A stretch of DNA of 63,808 nucleotides, counting the filler, from Octopus bimaculoides (taxonomy: Eukaryota): NCBI RefSeq assembly GCF_001194135.2. It is 3 parts of 3 records of this genome, joined end to end, with 100 filler letters (N's around TTAATTAATTAA, not from the genome) between each part and the next. Parts side by side here need not be neighbours in the genome. Positions count along the whole stretch, not along the records: positions 25,695 to 55,357 come from NC_069001.1; positions 55,458 to 63,808 come from NC_068987.1; 1 more part is not named here. One strand, given 5' to 3'. The position numbers were made by a program, and so were the translations under genes. The notes below the pieces were generated by a model. That model saw only the letters and a program-made list of their open reading frames with translations, did not search any database and was not told the DNA's origin. Below, piece after piece: positions 50,109-61,886 of this stretch. Numbering within the stretch: the first letter of the stretch is position 1; each line of letters begins with the position of its first letter.

Positions 50109-50589
50109 GTGTGTGTGTGTGTGTATGGATGTAATATTTATACAGTACGCTTATTTTTATACGTGTACACGCACCTATATGATTTGGACTTACATTTACA
50201 ATTTTATGTGTGTTTGTGTGTGTGTACATATATACACTCACAGTTAAACATAAACCTACACTCATACACGTAGTTATATAAAAGCACACACACACACACA
50301 CACGCACACACACACATTACCAAGTGATGAAAATCCACTTTTTGCAGTCTCCTTCATCTAAGACAGACCATAAACTATAACAAAAGTAGCTGCCAATGAT
50401 GTTGAAAGATATTCTATAGAAATGCTGGCAAATAAATTGCAGAATGCAATATTTTATCTCTAAAACTTAGTCTTGTCTTTTTTTGGCTGCCATATTTTTC
50501 TCTTTTCTACATCGTCTTTCCTACTTCTTCGACTGTCTTGAAGCATTTTGTTGTTTTCCTTCTTTGTGTAGTAAGTCTTCTTGTTCTTG

Positions 50590-50715
50590 TTCTCCTTGAT
50601 TTACTTCTTCTTCTTCTTCTTCTTCTCCTTCTTCTCCTTCTCCTTCTTCTTCTTCTTCTTCTTCTTCTTCTTCTTCTTCTTCTTCTTCTTCTTCTTCTTC
50701 TTCTCCTTCTTCTTC
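50590..50715. repeat. (TTC/TCC)n microsatellite
   Basis: Direct; explains the poly-E, poly-L and poly-F ORFs. Confidence 0.97.
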
Positions 50716-51272
50716 TTGCTGTTCTTTATCTCTTTTACCTTGTTTTGGTTTTCGTCTTTTACTTCTGTTTTGGTAATTCCTCATCTTCTTTGCTTTTGTC
50801 TTTCTTCCTAGTCTTCATTGTAATTCTTCATTATGCTTTCGCCCTCCGCTTCTACATTCTCTCTCTCCCCCTCTGCCCCCCTCTCAATCTCTCTCTCTCT
50901 CTCCCTCCTCAAAGTAAAGATTTTCCATAAAGAAGATATAAATGAGGAGTATGCTGTTGTTACCGTATCCTTGCTCAAACAGGCAGATTGAGCAGTTCTA
51001 ATCCTCTCTCAATAAACTGGAATAAGGTGTCTGATGTTACAAATCCCTTTATCCCTACATCATACCTTTCTCCTGCTGTTATCCCCTACTAACAATTTAC
51101 TTTTACTATATTTATAGTTTTATTTCACACTTCAATACCCCAGTTAAATTCCTTTCATTTGAAATAGAATTTTCTTGTTGCTATTTTCATTCATCTCTTC
51201 TCCGAATAAATAATTACCCCTGGAAAAACATCAGGAGCAAAATTAAGGAAAAACACATGTAAATGGTATATA

Positions 51273-52250
51273 TCAGGTCGTTCGGAAATTCTTCAGTGTT
51301 TTTTAAGGATGGAAATAAATGAAATTTATTTGTATTACGATAATTTTTATTGATCAAAGTAATCTTTATTTTTGTTGAAGTCCATCAACACGGTAGCTTC
51401 AAAATTCCATCTATGTAGATCTAAGCTGTCTTGGAGAGGAAGAAGTTAACAAGGTGGCTTTTGATTGCATTAGAATTAGAATCATTAAATGATGTTCCGT
51501 TGAAGAAATTTTGCAGTGACTTGAACAAATGAAAGTTATAAGGGCGCAATATTGGGCGAGTATGGTAGATGCGGTAAGAGATCAAACCCAAGTTCATCCA
51601 ACAACTGGGTAGTCAAAGAGAAATGAGGTGTGGCGTTGTCTAAGAGAAACAAAACCCTTTGCCTGTTGGCTAGTTTTGGCGATTTCCTCTCAGCAGTACA
51701 CAACGGAATTGGTGGTCTAATTGTCTGAAATTATCTCAAAATAGATATTGGTTTTGAAATCCCAGTTTACACAAAGCACAACTTATATTGCACGAATACT
51801 TAACTTTGGCAGTTGTTTGATGGATTCTGAAGCAAACACCAGGATCGTTCCACACTGTCGTATCGAAAACAATCCATTTTTTCATCTGCACTCACAGTCG
51901 CTTTAATAATTATTGCTTCATTGTGTTTGAATTGCCTGTTGCAGATAGAATGCCGATCCACGTTGCTTTTCCTCAAACTCCCACGTCGTGATTGTTGGGT
52001 TCACTCCAATGTTTACCTTCAAAGGATTGTCATCCAACTCTGAAGGTCTTCCTAAGCTGAATCCTCCAGGTTAAAATTTTAGAAACCATTTCAGAACCAT
52101 TGATTTACCAACAACACCTTCACCTAATGACTTCCCAAATGGCTTTACACGTTTTTGTAGCATTTTAGTCCTTTCTAATAATGAAAAGCATTACCTGCCA
52201 AAAAGAAAACTTTTGGTTAACCATTGCCAAACTCGATAAAGGCTGATTAA
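51273..52250 (-). mobile_element. Mariner-family transposase pseudogene (element 2)
   Basis: Minus strand: MLFIIRKD*NATKTCKAIWEV (HTH); DNATPH; LLPHLPYSPNIAP; FHLFKSLQNFFNG; YIDGILKLP; one terminus TA/TCAGGTCGTTCGG near 51272. Confidence 0.8.
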
Positions 52251-52414
52251 ACTAAGAGAAAGACTGATTTTTTGTGAGAGATGTAACCAGTAGATAACCA
52301 CACCGCAAATGCTGCTGGCATGACAGTCGTACCTACATTACATGCTATATGAATTGTTTAAAGACACAATTGTCGTTGAAAGAAAAATGCTTAACTGCAT
52401 TTCGTCCGTCTTTA

Positions 52415-53321
52415 CGAGCTGATATTGAAAAGTTTCCCCGACTAGTTCTGTAGCGCGCCAACAGATGGCAGCATACGGTAACATGCACAGTGAGAGCTAG
52501 CAGTGATCTTTATGAGGCAGTGTGCCGAGTGATAACTTGTGAAATTTGCATTTTTCTCATCACGTGTATGCTGTAGTCTGCGATTTTGTGATGGACAGGA
52601 ACAAAGAGCCAACGTGAAGTTTTGCGTTAAACTTGGGATGTCAGCTACAGAGGCATTGAGCATACTTCAGCAAGCTTGCAGCGATGAGGCAATGAATCGT
52701 ATGTAATATTTGGAGTGGTACGGGCGCTTCAAAAGTAGAAGGATGTCTCTAGAAGACAATGAGCGATCTGGAAGACCTGGCATGAGTGTCACCTTCAGAA
52801 ATGTTGTATTGTGCTTTGAGAATTCATCCCTTAGTGCCAAACCGTCAATCGAGAGTTCAACTGCAATGTTTTGAAGTGCCTGAGGAAAGACATTCGACAA
52901 AACTGACCAGATCGGTGGAGTGCAAAGAATTGTATTCTTCACAACAACAACGCACAGTGTCACCGAGTTCTCCTCACTCGTGTGTTTCTCGTGCAAAAAC
53001 AACAGGGTATCACTTCTGCATCCACCCTATTCGCCAGATTTAACACCAGTGGATTTTCATCTCTTACCCAAGATGAAAATGCAGGTTCAAAGGTCGACAT
53101 TTTAACACTGTTGTTGAGATCAAGAGTGAATTGCAGAAAATCCTCGACGCGCTTGCGGAAAACGACTTCCAGATGGGATTGCAAAACGTGGACGGAACAC
53201 TGGGACCAGTGTATTGCTGTGCAAGGCGACTATTTCGAGAGAGATAATATAAAAAATTGGGTAAATAGGTTATTTTTGTTATTAAACATAACTAGTCCAG
53301 GAACTTTGTGATACCACCTCA
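52415..53321 (+). mobile_element. Mariner-family transposon (element 1), internally deleted, both TIRs
   Basis: EQRANVKFCVKLG...ERSGRP (HTH); HPPYSPDLTPVDFHLLPKMK; WDQCIAVQGDYFE; TIRs cgagctgatattgaaaagtttccccgact / agtccaggaactttgtgataccacctca; TA on both sides. Confidence 0.9.
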
Positions 53322-53480
53322 TACGTACTGAGTTCAGATTCCGCTGGGATCGACTTTGCTTTTCATCCTTTGGGGGTCGATAAAATAAGTATCAGTTGAG
53401 CACAGGGATCGATGTTATCCACTTAACCCCGCCCCCACTCCCGAAATGTCTGGTCTTGTGCCAAAATTTGAAATCAATAT
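53322..53480 (+). mobile_element. SINE family B, 3' part (5' part at 52385-52414), split by mariner
   Basis: ...atttcgtccgtctttA [mariner] TAcgtactgagttcagattcc restores the SINE motif tctttacgttctgagttc. Confidence 0.85.
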
Positions 53481-54243
53481 TTTAAATAAATGGTTAGATA
53501 ATATCCGTTTTATGTATAAATGTAAATTTGTTCAGCTTCATAATGTGAGATGTTACTGTTCTAAAAACGAAAGTTTTCGACTAAACTGTTAAATTGCTAA
53601 CCATTGATGTTTATGCATAATAGCAAATTTCGTAATTTTTGAATATTCAATCTAACTAAAATGGGCTGCCACAGGATAATTCTATAATCCTAGGGCTATT
53701 TTGATTCTGACGAAGTTTGTAACTTAATTGTGCAATTGATTTTAGACAACTTACAATCAATATTTGAATGTATGGAACTATTGTTGTACAGGAAAGAGGA
53801 TTAATTGCAGCCCGTAATATAAATAGTCACCTCTTAGATATATTTAGAAAATACTTTACACATTAAAAAATTTGGAACTGAAGAACGATGTAAGTGCTAA
53901 TACTAATGTAATGAAGTTTTAGATATTACTCTTAATTTATTCTGGAGAACCTATGGCCATTTTAGAAAACTTAATGAGGTTTATACGATTTAAACATAAA
54001 AGCACTAATCATACTTTTGTCATTTGGAGGAATTTATCTGAGAATAATAGAAGAGTGTTTCTAGAATTGTTCTAATAAAGACTCTTAATCGTGCTGCTGA
54101 AATTTAAAATAAGACTTTAAGAAACAGTTTCACTGAAAAAATCCCAGACTGTATATTATTGATGCCAACGATGGCAGAAGGAATGTTATATATTTCACGC
54201 TTCCCTTTAATATCAATGTTAGTTCCAATATTACTCATTTCTT

Positions 54244-54460
54244 TAAGGCGGTGAGCTGACAGAATCGTTAGCACGCCGCGCAAAATGCTTACCGGTATTT
54301 TGTCCGTCTTCTAGTTCTGAGTTCAAATGCCACCTATGTCAACTTTACCTTTCCTCCTTTCCGAGTAGATAAAATAAGTACCAGTGAAACACTGGGGTCG
54401 ATGTAGTCGACAACCCCCCTCCCCCAAATTGCTGACCTTGTGCCAAAATTTGAAATCTAT
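54244..54460 (+). mobile_element. SINE family B, full length
   Basis: aaggcggtgagctgacagaatcgttagcacgccgcgc...gaccttgtgccaaaatttgaaa. Confidence 0.9.
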
Positions 54461-54659
54461 AGTATTCATTTCTTTTTACACTTAGTGTTGTTCTGTTTTC
54501 TTATTGACATAAGTTTAATAAAATTCAAAATGAGACTAGTTAGAGGTGAACAGAAATTCTTATCTTTTCTTCGGCAATGACTGACAGAAGGAAGTTAATG
54601 ACTACGATGATGCAAGATTCGTATGAACAAGCAACATGACCAACCCCAAGTACAACAAT

Positions 54660-54890
54660 ATATATATATATATATACGTGTGTGTCTATGTTTGTTCCTC
54701 CCCACCGCCATTGCTTGACAACCAATGTTGGTGTGTTTAGGTCCTATAACTTAGCGGTTCGGTAAAACACCGATAGAATAAGTACTAGACTTACAAAGAA
54801 TAAGTTCTGGGGTCAAACTGTTCGACTAAGGCAGTGCTCCAGCATGGCTAAATTCCAATAACTGAAACAAATAAAAGAGTAAAAGAATAA
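54660..54890 (+). mobile_element. SINE family A, 3' half
   Basis: (TA)n then gcttgacaaccaatgttgg...ctccagcatggc...ctgaaacaaataaaag. Confidence 0.85.
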
Positions 54891-55308
54891 AAAAGTGTTT
54901 TATGGATATTTTATTTTTCGTCTCCGTATTTTGCATAGCTGTATTTTATTTGTCAGAAAATATACTTCTAAGAATTACTTGAAACGAAGAATGCTAGTAA
55001 CTTCCCTGAGTATATTAAGGGGAATATTATAACCTGCATAGTGTAGAGATATATTATGACTCCTATATTGTAGGTGTGTGTATACTATAGTGTAGCTGTA
55101 TAGTTTAGAGGTATAGCTGTTAATTTTGTACCTAGAGGTGGGTTAGCAATCATATAGTGTAGAAGAATATTGTCTCTGATATTGTTTGTGTGTGTTTGTG
55201 TGAATGTGTGTATGTGCGTGCGTTCGTGCATGTCTGTGCATGCATAGATGTATATGCATGCATGTATGTATGTATGTATGTATGTATATATCTATCTATC
55301 TATCTATC

Positions 55309-55357
<49 letters not shown>

Positions 55358-55457
55358 NNNNNNNNNNNNNNNNNNNNNNNNNNNNNNNNNNNNNNNNNNN
55401 NTTAATTAATTAANNNNNNNNNNNNNNNNNNNNNNNNNNNNNNNNNNNNNNNNNNNN

Positions 55458-55713
55458 CTACATACATACATACATACATGCTACATACGTACATACTACA
55501 TATATACATACGTACATACACACATACATGCATACATACATACATACATACATACATGCATACATACATACATGCATACATACATACCACACACACATAT
55601 GCACAAATACCTAGATGATGTTGATAAAAGTTCCAATGAAGGAGCCTTGAATCTATGTTAGAGTCCGGCTCTGTCTCTATGGACAAGAAATACAGAAATG
55701 AAACTGATTGATA
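55458..55713 (+). mobile_element. 3' UTR of an R4-clade LINE (upstream copy)
   Basis: (TACA)n then aaatacc..gatgttg..ttccaatgaaggagccttgaatctatgttagag..gaaatgaaactga aligns to 56480-56632. Confidence 0.75.
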
Positions 55714-55724
55714 ACCACACATAC

Positions 55725-56632
55725 ATACAGAAACAAGAAATATCAACCAAGTACCTGATGCACAAAAGGGATAGAGATGCAGGAAAAGCAGTAAAATGTG
55801 ACAACCGATGCAGACTTTGTGGAATTAATACCGAAGATATCATCCACATCACAAGTAGTTGTCTGAAAATGTCATCAAGTTATTATCTACCGATGAGACA
55901 TGATGTTGTAGCTAGGACACTCTATAATGAAATCCGTCGGAAGAATAATCCCCGAGGACAAAGAAATAAGAACGCACAGTGTGGTAGAAGCCATAGCCAC
56001 TCATAATAAAAAGGGAGTACTGGTGGAATGTCCCAGTGAAGACCTCAATAAAATGTAAGAACAACAGACCCGATATAACGATTTGGGATAGAGAAGAGAA
56101 ACTGTGTACAGTTGTGGAAATTAGCTGCCCAACGGATGTTAACATAAAGCTGAAGATCAGTGAAAAAGAGAATATCTACGCTGAACTATTGAGAAATCTG
56201 CAGTTACGCTACCCTGATTACAAGTTCAGGTTTATACCTGTAATTACTGGGGCCCTGGGATATGTAACTCACTGTCTAAATACCAGTCTTGAGAAATTAG
56301 GCTTCTCAAAACCAGAAAGGAGAAAGCTAATTCGAAGTCTACAGATCCAATCCAACACTGGAACTGTAAAAATCTGTAAAACTTTCCAGAAATTTAACAA
56401 TTAAATATATATGAGCATGTCTTGATATGCAACTATATGCACGAGAATAATACATAAAACAAAACATATAAGTCTGCACATATACATACATACATACATA
56501 CATACATACATACATAGAAACAAAAATACCCTGTTGCTGATGTTGAAATTCCAGTGAAGGAGCCTTGGATCTAGGTTAGAAACCGATTCTTTCTCTATAG
56601 GCAAGAGGTTTTGAAATAAAACTGAACAATGA
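55725..56632 (+). mobile_element. R4/Dong-clade non-LTR retrotransposon, 5'-truncated (CCHC finger, restriction-like endonuclease, 3' UTR)
   Basis: CRLCGINTEDIIHITSSC; RHDVVA; NRPDITIWD...VEISCP...EKENIY; IPVITGALG; one frameshift near 55990-56030. Confidence 0.88.
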
Positions 56633-56844
56633 CATTAACAACGATATCAATATCATGGATATGCATCGTGGGGCCAAATGAATAATCTTGTATGACTCTA
56701 TGACGTGAAAATCTACCAAAATCTGTCGAGAGACAACTAACCAATGAGTTACATGGTCGTTTGTGCCTGCTTGAAATAGCTACCAAGATTCACTCAAGTA
56801 ACTCTTCGTTGTTTCAGATGAAAGGGAGGACGAAGTATGTCGGT

Positions 56845-57260
56845 GAGGTGTGGTAAGGAGCTTACGCCCCAACCACATGGCTCCGGGTTCAGTCCCACTG
56901 CGTGTTACCGTGGGTAAGTGTCTTCTGCTATATAGCCTCAGACCGACCAAAGCCTTGTGAGTGGATTTGGTAGACGGAAACTAAAAGAAGCCTGTTGAAT
57001 ATATATGTGTGTGTGTGTTTGAGTATGTGTGTGTGTGTGTGTGTCTCTGCCTGTGTTTGTCCCCCACCATCGCTTGACAACCAATGTTGGTATGTTTACG
57101 TCCCTGTAACTTAGCAGTTCGGCAAATGAGAGCGATAGAATAAGTAGTAAGCTTACAAAGAATAAGTCCTGGGGTTGATTTATCCGACTAAAACCCTTTT
57201 AAGGCAGTGCTCCAGCATGGCTGCTGTCAAATGAAGAAAACAAATAAAATAATAAAAAGA
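56845..57260 (+). mobile_element. SINE family A, full length
   Basis: caaccacatggctccgggttcagtcccactgcgtg...gtggatttggtagacggaaac...ctccagcatggctgctgtcaaatg. Confidence 0.9.
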
Positions 57261-57629
57261 ATGACTTCAAAGTTAGCCTTACCTGGGAAGAAAACAACAA
57301 GAATACAACAGGTTTAGTAACGCTAATTGATGGTAGTATCGGCAACGGCAGCACCGGTAAACCCGGCACCAGCGACAACACCATCCATGATGGNNNNNNN
57401 NNNNNNNNNNNNNNNNNNNNNNNNNNNNNNNNNNNNNNNNNNNNNNNNNNNNNNNNNNNNNNNNNNNNNNNNNNNNNNNNNNNNNNNNNNNNNNNNNNNN
57501 NNNNNNNNNNNNNNNNNNNNNNNNNNNNNNNNNNTTATCTTTCCCCACCACCACAGTTTTATTTCAACAACTTTTTGCAAAATAACCTTTCAGTAAAATT
57601 AAGATTCCATAGTGAACAACATAATGAAA

Positions 57630-57682
<53 letters not shown>

Positions 57683-58910
57683 CGCGCGTCTGCGTAGACA
57701 TACAGACACACATATATACATACCACTACACACATCTACACACGATTGATAACAAGACATAGATTACAATTCATCAAAATGAAGTATTTCCACCGACAGT
57801 GCTCAACAACTTCAGGTAAATTATACATTGCTATTTGGAGCTACGATATTACGTTGAATCAGTGAAAAAAAATAGCCAAAAAAACAAAACGAATTAACCT
57901 CTGATACACGATGTAAAAGAAGACAATCATGATCTTACCTCGTAGCAAGTTTCTAGAACAGAATGTTGTTTCGAGCACTGTATCTCTCATGAAATGGTTT
58001 ATAAAGAGAGAATCTTTCAGTAACCAGTTATATAAAGCCACTAGTGACGTGCGTGTTTAGATATACAACTTCCCAGAACGGACTGATATGCCGTAACACT
58101 TTTATGTCCAACTGGGTGAAACCACTTGACGAGGACAAAATCTACTCCAGAGTGTGTGTGAACTCAGATTGATGTAACTACAAAAGACTGCACGGCATTT
58201 AGTTCACCCGTTTAATAATTCTGCCGTTTATCTTTTCCTCCAGTTTTATTTCAGCAACATTTTGCAAAATAACCTTTTAATAAAACTAAGATTCTTGGAA
58301 CCATCTGGTTGGGAAGCAAACTTCTTACCACACAGCCATGCCTTATTTCAGATTCCCTATCATATATTTTCAGAAGAAAAAAGAGGGAAAGACCAAGTTG
58401 ATTGAGAGGGATGAAGGCAGTTGTTGATGGATTATGGCCTGTCACTGCCGTCTTCTCTGACACTAAGATGCCGGGATTTCTGCAATACTTAATTCTGAAA
58501 TGGCCCAGCAATATCAGGGAGAAATAATTCTTCACTTTAAACTAGCTATCAAGGGAACCTCTGTGTTGTGGCTCAGTATAATGGAACCAAACAACCAAAT
58601 CTTCACTCTCATTACATTCTTCTTCCTTTGCGCCATCGAGTCAACAAACATCCACTTGAGACTTCCATGACAAACGCTATATATCTGTCATTGAATTTTC
58701 AGAGAAGGTTTTCAAAGGTCTTTGACGTTCGAGTAGTTTTTCACCAGAAGCGTGTTCGGCAAGATACAGACACCTGTCTAAGCACTTATAACGTGAAAGC
58801 TTAAATAAACACCGCAAGGCAATTCCATCAATCATCCACCATCGATTAGTATGTTATTACACTCTACCATTTTTTAAAGAATAAGTACTCATAGAATATT
58901 GTAATAGTAG

Positions 58911-59111
58911 TGGCAGAATCGTTAGCACGCCGGGTGAAATGCTTAGCGGTATTTCGTCTGTCTTTACGTTCTGAGTTCAAATTCCGCCGAGGTCGACTTT
59001 GCCTTTCATCCTTTCAGGGTCGATAAATTAAGTACCAGTTACGTACTTGGGTCGATCTAATCGACTGACCCCTACCCCCAAAAATTTCGGGCCTTGTGCC
59101 TAGAGTAGAAA
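58911..59111 (+). mobile_element. SINE family B, young copy with 18-bp TSD
   Basis: agaatattgtaatagtag at 58893-58910 and 59112-59129. Confidence 0.93.
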
Positions 59112-59959
59112 AGAATATTGTAATAGTAGAAGCATTATGCTGGGAGAAAATATTGAGATTCCTAGTTGGGTCTTCTTTGACCTTAGCTAGGGTCTGTTGG
59201 ATCAGGGATGGTTTAGGGTTAAATAACAGGAATAACAACAACAGAAGCACAGTAAAAGAAAAAAAAGCAGACGAATGTGTCGTAAGTTTCTGGGAATGAT
59301 TTAAACTTCTCGTACGTTCTATTTTCAAAAGAGATAGGAAGTCCAGCTTTGGTGGTGTCTAAGTGAACCAACGGATTGTAGAATTTACCATATCAGAGAT
59401 CATAACCTTGTGTCTCTAAATATTTTTCGTAATACATAGAAGCTATAGTTTCATAAAATCAGTAGAGTATCCGACAGAATGGCAGAATTGGTAGAATCAA
59501 AATGAAGGAATTAGTTAACTGTGGGAAAAATGACTTGTAACGTTTAATAACTTTCTTTACGTTAGTCATAACTTGCTAAATAACTATTACACTTTAATAA
59601 AGAAAGCTACTGATTAATTAATTATGAGTATGTAACTTTTACTGAAAGAAATGGCCACAGTCTAATGACTGAAACAAGTAAAAGAGTAAAAGGGAGAGTA
59701 TGAATAAAAGGTGTATAGATTATGAATTTTGATTGAAGGGATGGGGCCTCGAAACAAAGTTGCAGGGGGGGGGCCTCTAAATGTCACACGACGGAGCTGC
59801 AAGGATGGTGCGAGTTCGAATCTTTTGTTTCTTTGTTTCTATTATTGTGCTGTTCACACGCCGTTTTGTGTTGCGCTCTATAGTCCTGTACCGTCCTATA
59901 CCGTCCTCGGCCTTTTTTGCGAACCCCAAGTGGATAATAAAGAAAACATTGATATTATT

Positions 59960-60175
59960 AAGGCGGCGAACTGGCAGAATTGTTAGCACACCGGCGAAAA
60001 TAACGGTATTTCGTCCGTCGTTATGATATGAGTTCAAATTCCGCTGAGGCTGACTTGGCCTTTCATCACTGTTGGGGGTCTATAAGATAAGTACCAGTTG
60101 AGCACTGAGGTTGACGTAATCGACTTATCCCACCCCACCCCCGATATTGCTGGCCTTGTGTCAAAAACTGAAACC
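59960..60175 (+). mobile_element. SINE family B, full length
   Basis: aaggcggcgaactggcagaattgttagc...gctggccttgtgtcaaaa. Confidence 0.88.
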
Positions 60176-60247
60176 ATTTTTATTTTTATTACGATCATGA
60201 TGATGATGATCATCATCATCATCATCATCATCATTATGATTGTTGTG

Positions 60248-60300
<53 letters not shown>

Positions 60301-60301
<1 letters not shown>

Positions 60302-60626
60302 GAGTGAGAGAGCAGCCCATACCATCAAAGTGACACTGGGGTAAAATATATTAAGCCCAATATACCCATCATGACTACTCATTTGATAAGAGTACACAAG
60401 GCACATGCATCACAACCATATATGCGTGACATAGTGATCTTATATCAAGGTAAACAGCGCATGACTTTGCAGGTGGGGCCCAGTTAGAATTTTCTTCAGG
60501 TTGAGTAGTCCATCCCACTCAAAAGGTCCTTAAATAAGTGTTGTTTAAAGATGATGAACAAAGCACTCATGTTTCCAAAGGTGAATTATCCAAACCCCAA
60601 ATAATTCTCTTCGACACATGGCTACG
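60301..60626 (-). mobile_element. Family E short element, 3' part, ending in (AAT)n
   Basis: 60540-60626 overlaps in sequence with 61887-61970; minus-strand end ctgctctctcactc(aat)n. Confidence 0.8.
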
Positions 60627-60790
60627 TTCTGAGTTCAGATTCCACTACGTTCTGAGTTCAGATTCCGCCGAGGTCGACCTTGCCTTTCATCCTTCCAGGG
60701 TCGATAAAATAAATACCAGTTGAACACTGGGGTCAATGGAATCGACTCGTCCCCTCCCCCAAAATTGCTGCCCTTGTGGCAAAATTTGAA
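60623..60790 (+). mobile_element. SINE family B, 3' part with a short tandem duplication
   Basis: tacgttctgagttcagattcc twice, then gccgaggtcgaccttgcctttcatcc. Confidence 0.85.
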
Positions 60791-60801
60791 ATCATCATCA
60801 C

Positions 60802-60840
<39 letters not shown>

Positions 60841-60854
60841 CATGAGATCATGTA

Positions 60855-61050
60855 AGGCAGCGAGCTGGTACAATTGTTAGCACGCCGGGTGAAATGCTTA
60901 GCGGTATTTCGTCTGTCTTTACGTTCTGAGTTCAAATTCCGCCGAGGTCGACTTTGCTTTTCATCCTTTCGGGGTCGATAAATTAAGAACCAATGAAACA
61001 CTGGGTCGAAGTAATCGACTAGTGTTTATAGTAGAAAAGATTATTATTAC
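60855..61050 (+). mobile_element. SINE family B
   Basis: aaggcagcgagctgg...gaggtcgactttgcttttcatcctttcggggtcgataaattaag. Confidence 0.9.
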
Positions 61051-61059
61051 TGTTGTTGT

Positions 61060-61886
61060 TGTTGCTATTGAGAGCTTTCAATCTTACTCGCTCCGGTTAA
61101 TTTTGTGAGAGCGGACAGCATTCTGATGTCAAAAGTTTCATAGGGTCACAAATTATAAGACTTGATACTTAGGTGTTAAGTATCGTGGAAGATACTCAAC
61201 ACCCAAGTACCAATCTCAAAATTGTAGGGGTCCTCAATAAATCAGCTTTTAGGGCATACTCTACCCTTATGTCAATTCCAACTTCTGCGACATATTTATT
61301 AAACTTGGTTGTTAGTGACCCGAGTGCCCCTACAACTACTAAAATGACATTTACTCTCTTCATTCCCCACAGTCTTGCAATTTCATCTTTTAGTAACTTG
61401 TGTTTTCCCACCTTTTTCAGCTTTTTGTCACACGTGTTTCCCTAGAGATGACAATATCTATGATCTTAGTTTCCTTTTTCATTTTATCCACAATAGCAAT
61501 GTCTGGTCTCTGAGCATCGATTAGGAAGTCACAGTGGACTGCAAAATTCCACAAGATCTTACATTCATTATTCTCAGTGACGCACACGGGCTCATGTTCG
61601 TACAATTTCCATGTTTTCCGAAGAGCATACTTTTTACACAGTCTCCAGTGAACGAGCTTAGCTACGTTATCGTACCTCCTTTTGTGGTGCGTTTGGGCCA
61701 GGTTGCTACACCCACTCACATGTGAAATTGTTCCGTTTTTGCTGCCACATATCCTAGAAAGGAACGATTCTCTGCTCTTATCTATTTTGAACTTGGTGTA
61801 ATTAGTTTTCAGAGCTTGTTCCTGGGTGCTGCATATCAATGCCCCCGTGCATCCTTTCAGACCACTTTTCCTGAGCCACCTCCAGG
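61060..61886 (-). mobile_element. R4/Dong-clade LINE 3' end, second family (decayed CCHC finger, RLE domain, 3' UTR)
   Basis: WLRKSGLK...QEQALKTNY...RICG...HVSGCSNLAQ...KRRYDNVA...RPDIAIVDK...EIARLWGMK...VVGALG...ILRLVLGC*; UTR ends in ctctcaata then (AAC/AAT)n. Confidence 0.88.

Noticed and set aside
50521-50930. Poly-E, poly-L and poly-F ORFs
   Set aside because: Translations of a (TTC/TCC)n microsatellite; the same applies to poly-I/M/N/H ORFs at 4767-5002, 27736-27979, 60034-60406 and 62080-62381.
13061-57596. Long ORFs containing X runs (e.g. 15003, 26693-27612, 32985-34056, 35557, 47205-47996, 57279)
   Set aside because: Open only because they cross N gaps and dinucleotide repeats.
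58707-58810. Possible terminal exon RRFSKVF...NVKA* with AATAAA
   Set aside because: Acceptor and polyA-like signals are common in AT-rich DNA; no homology support.
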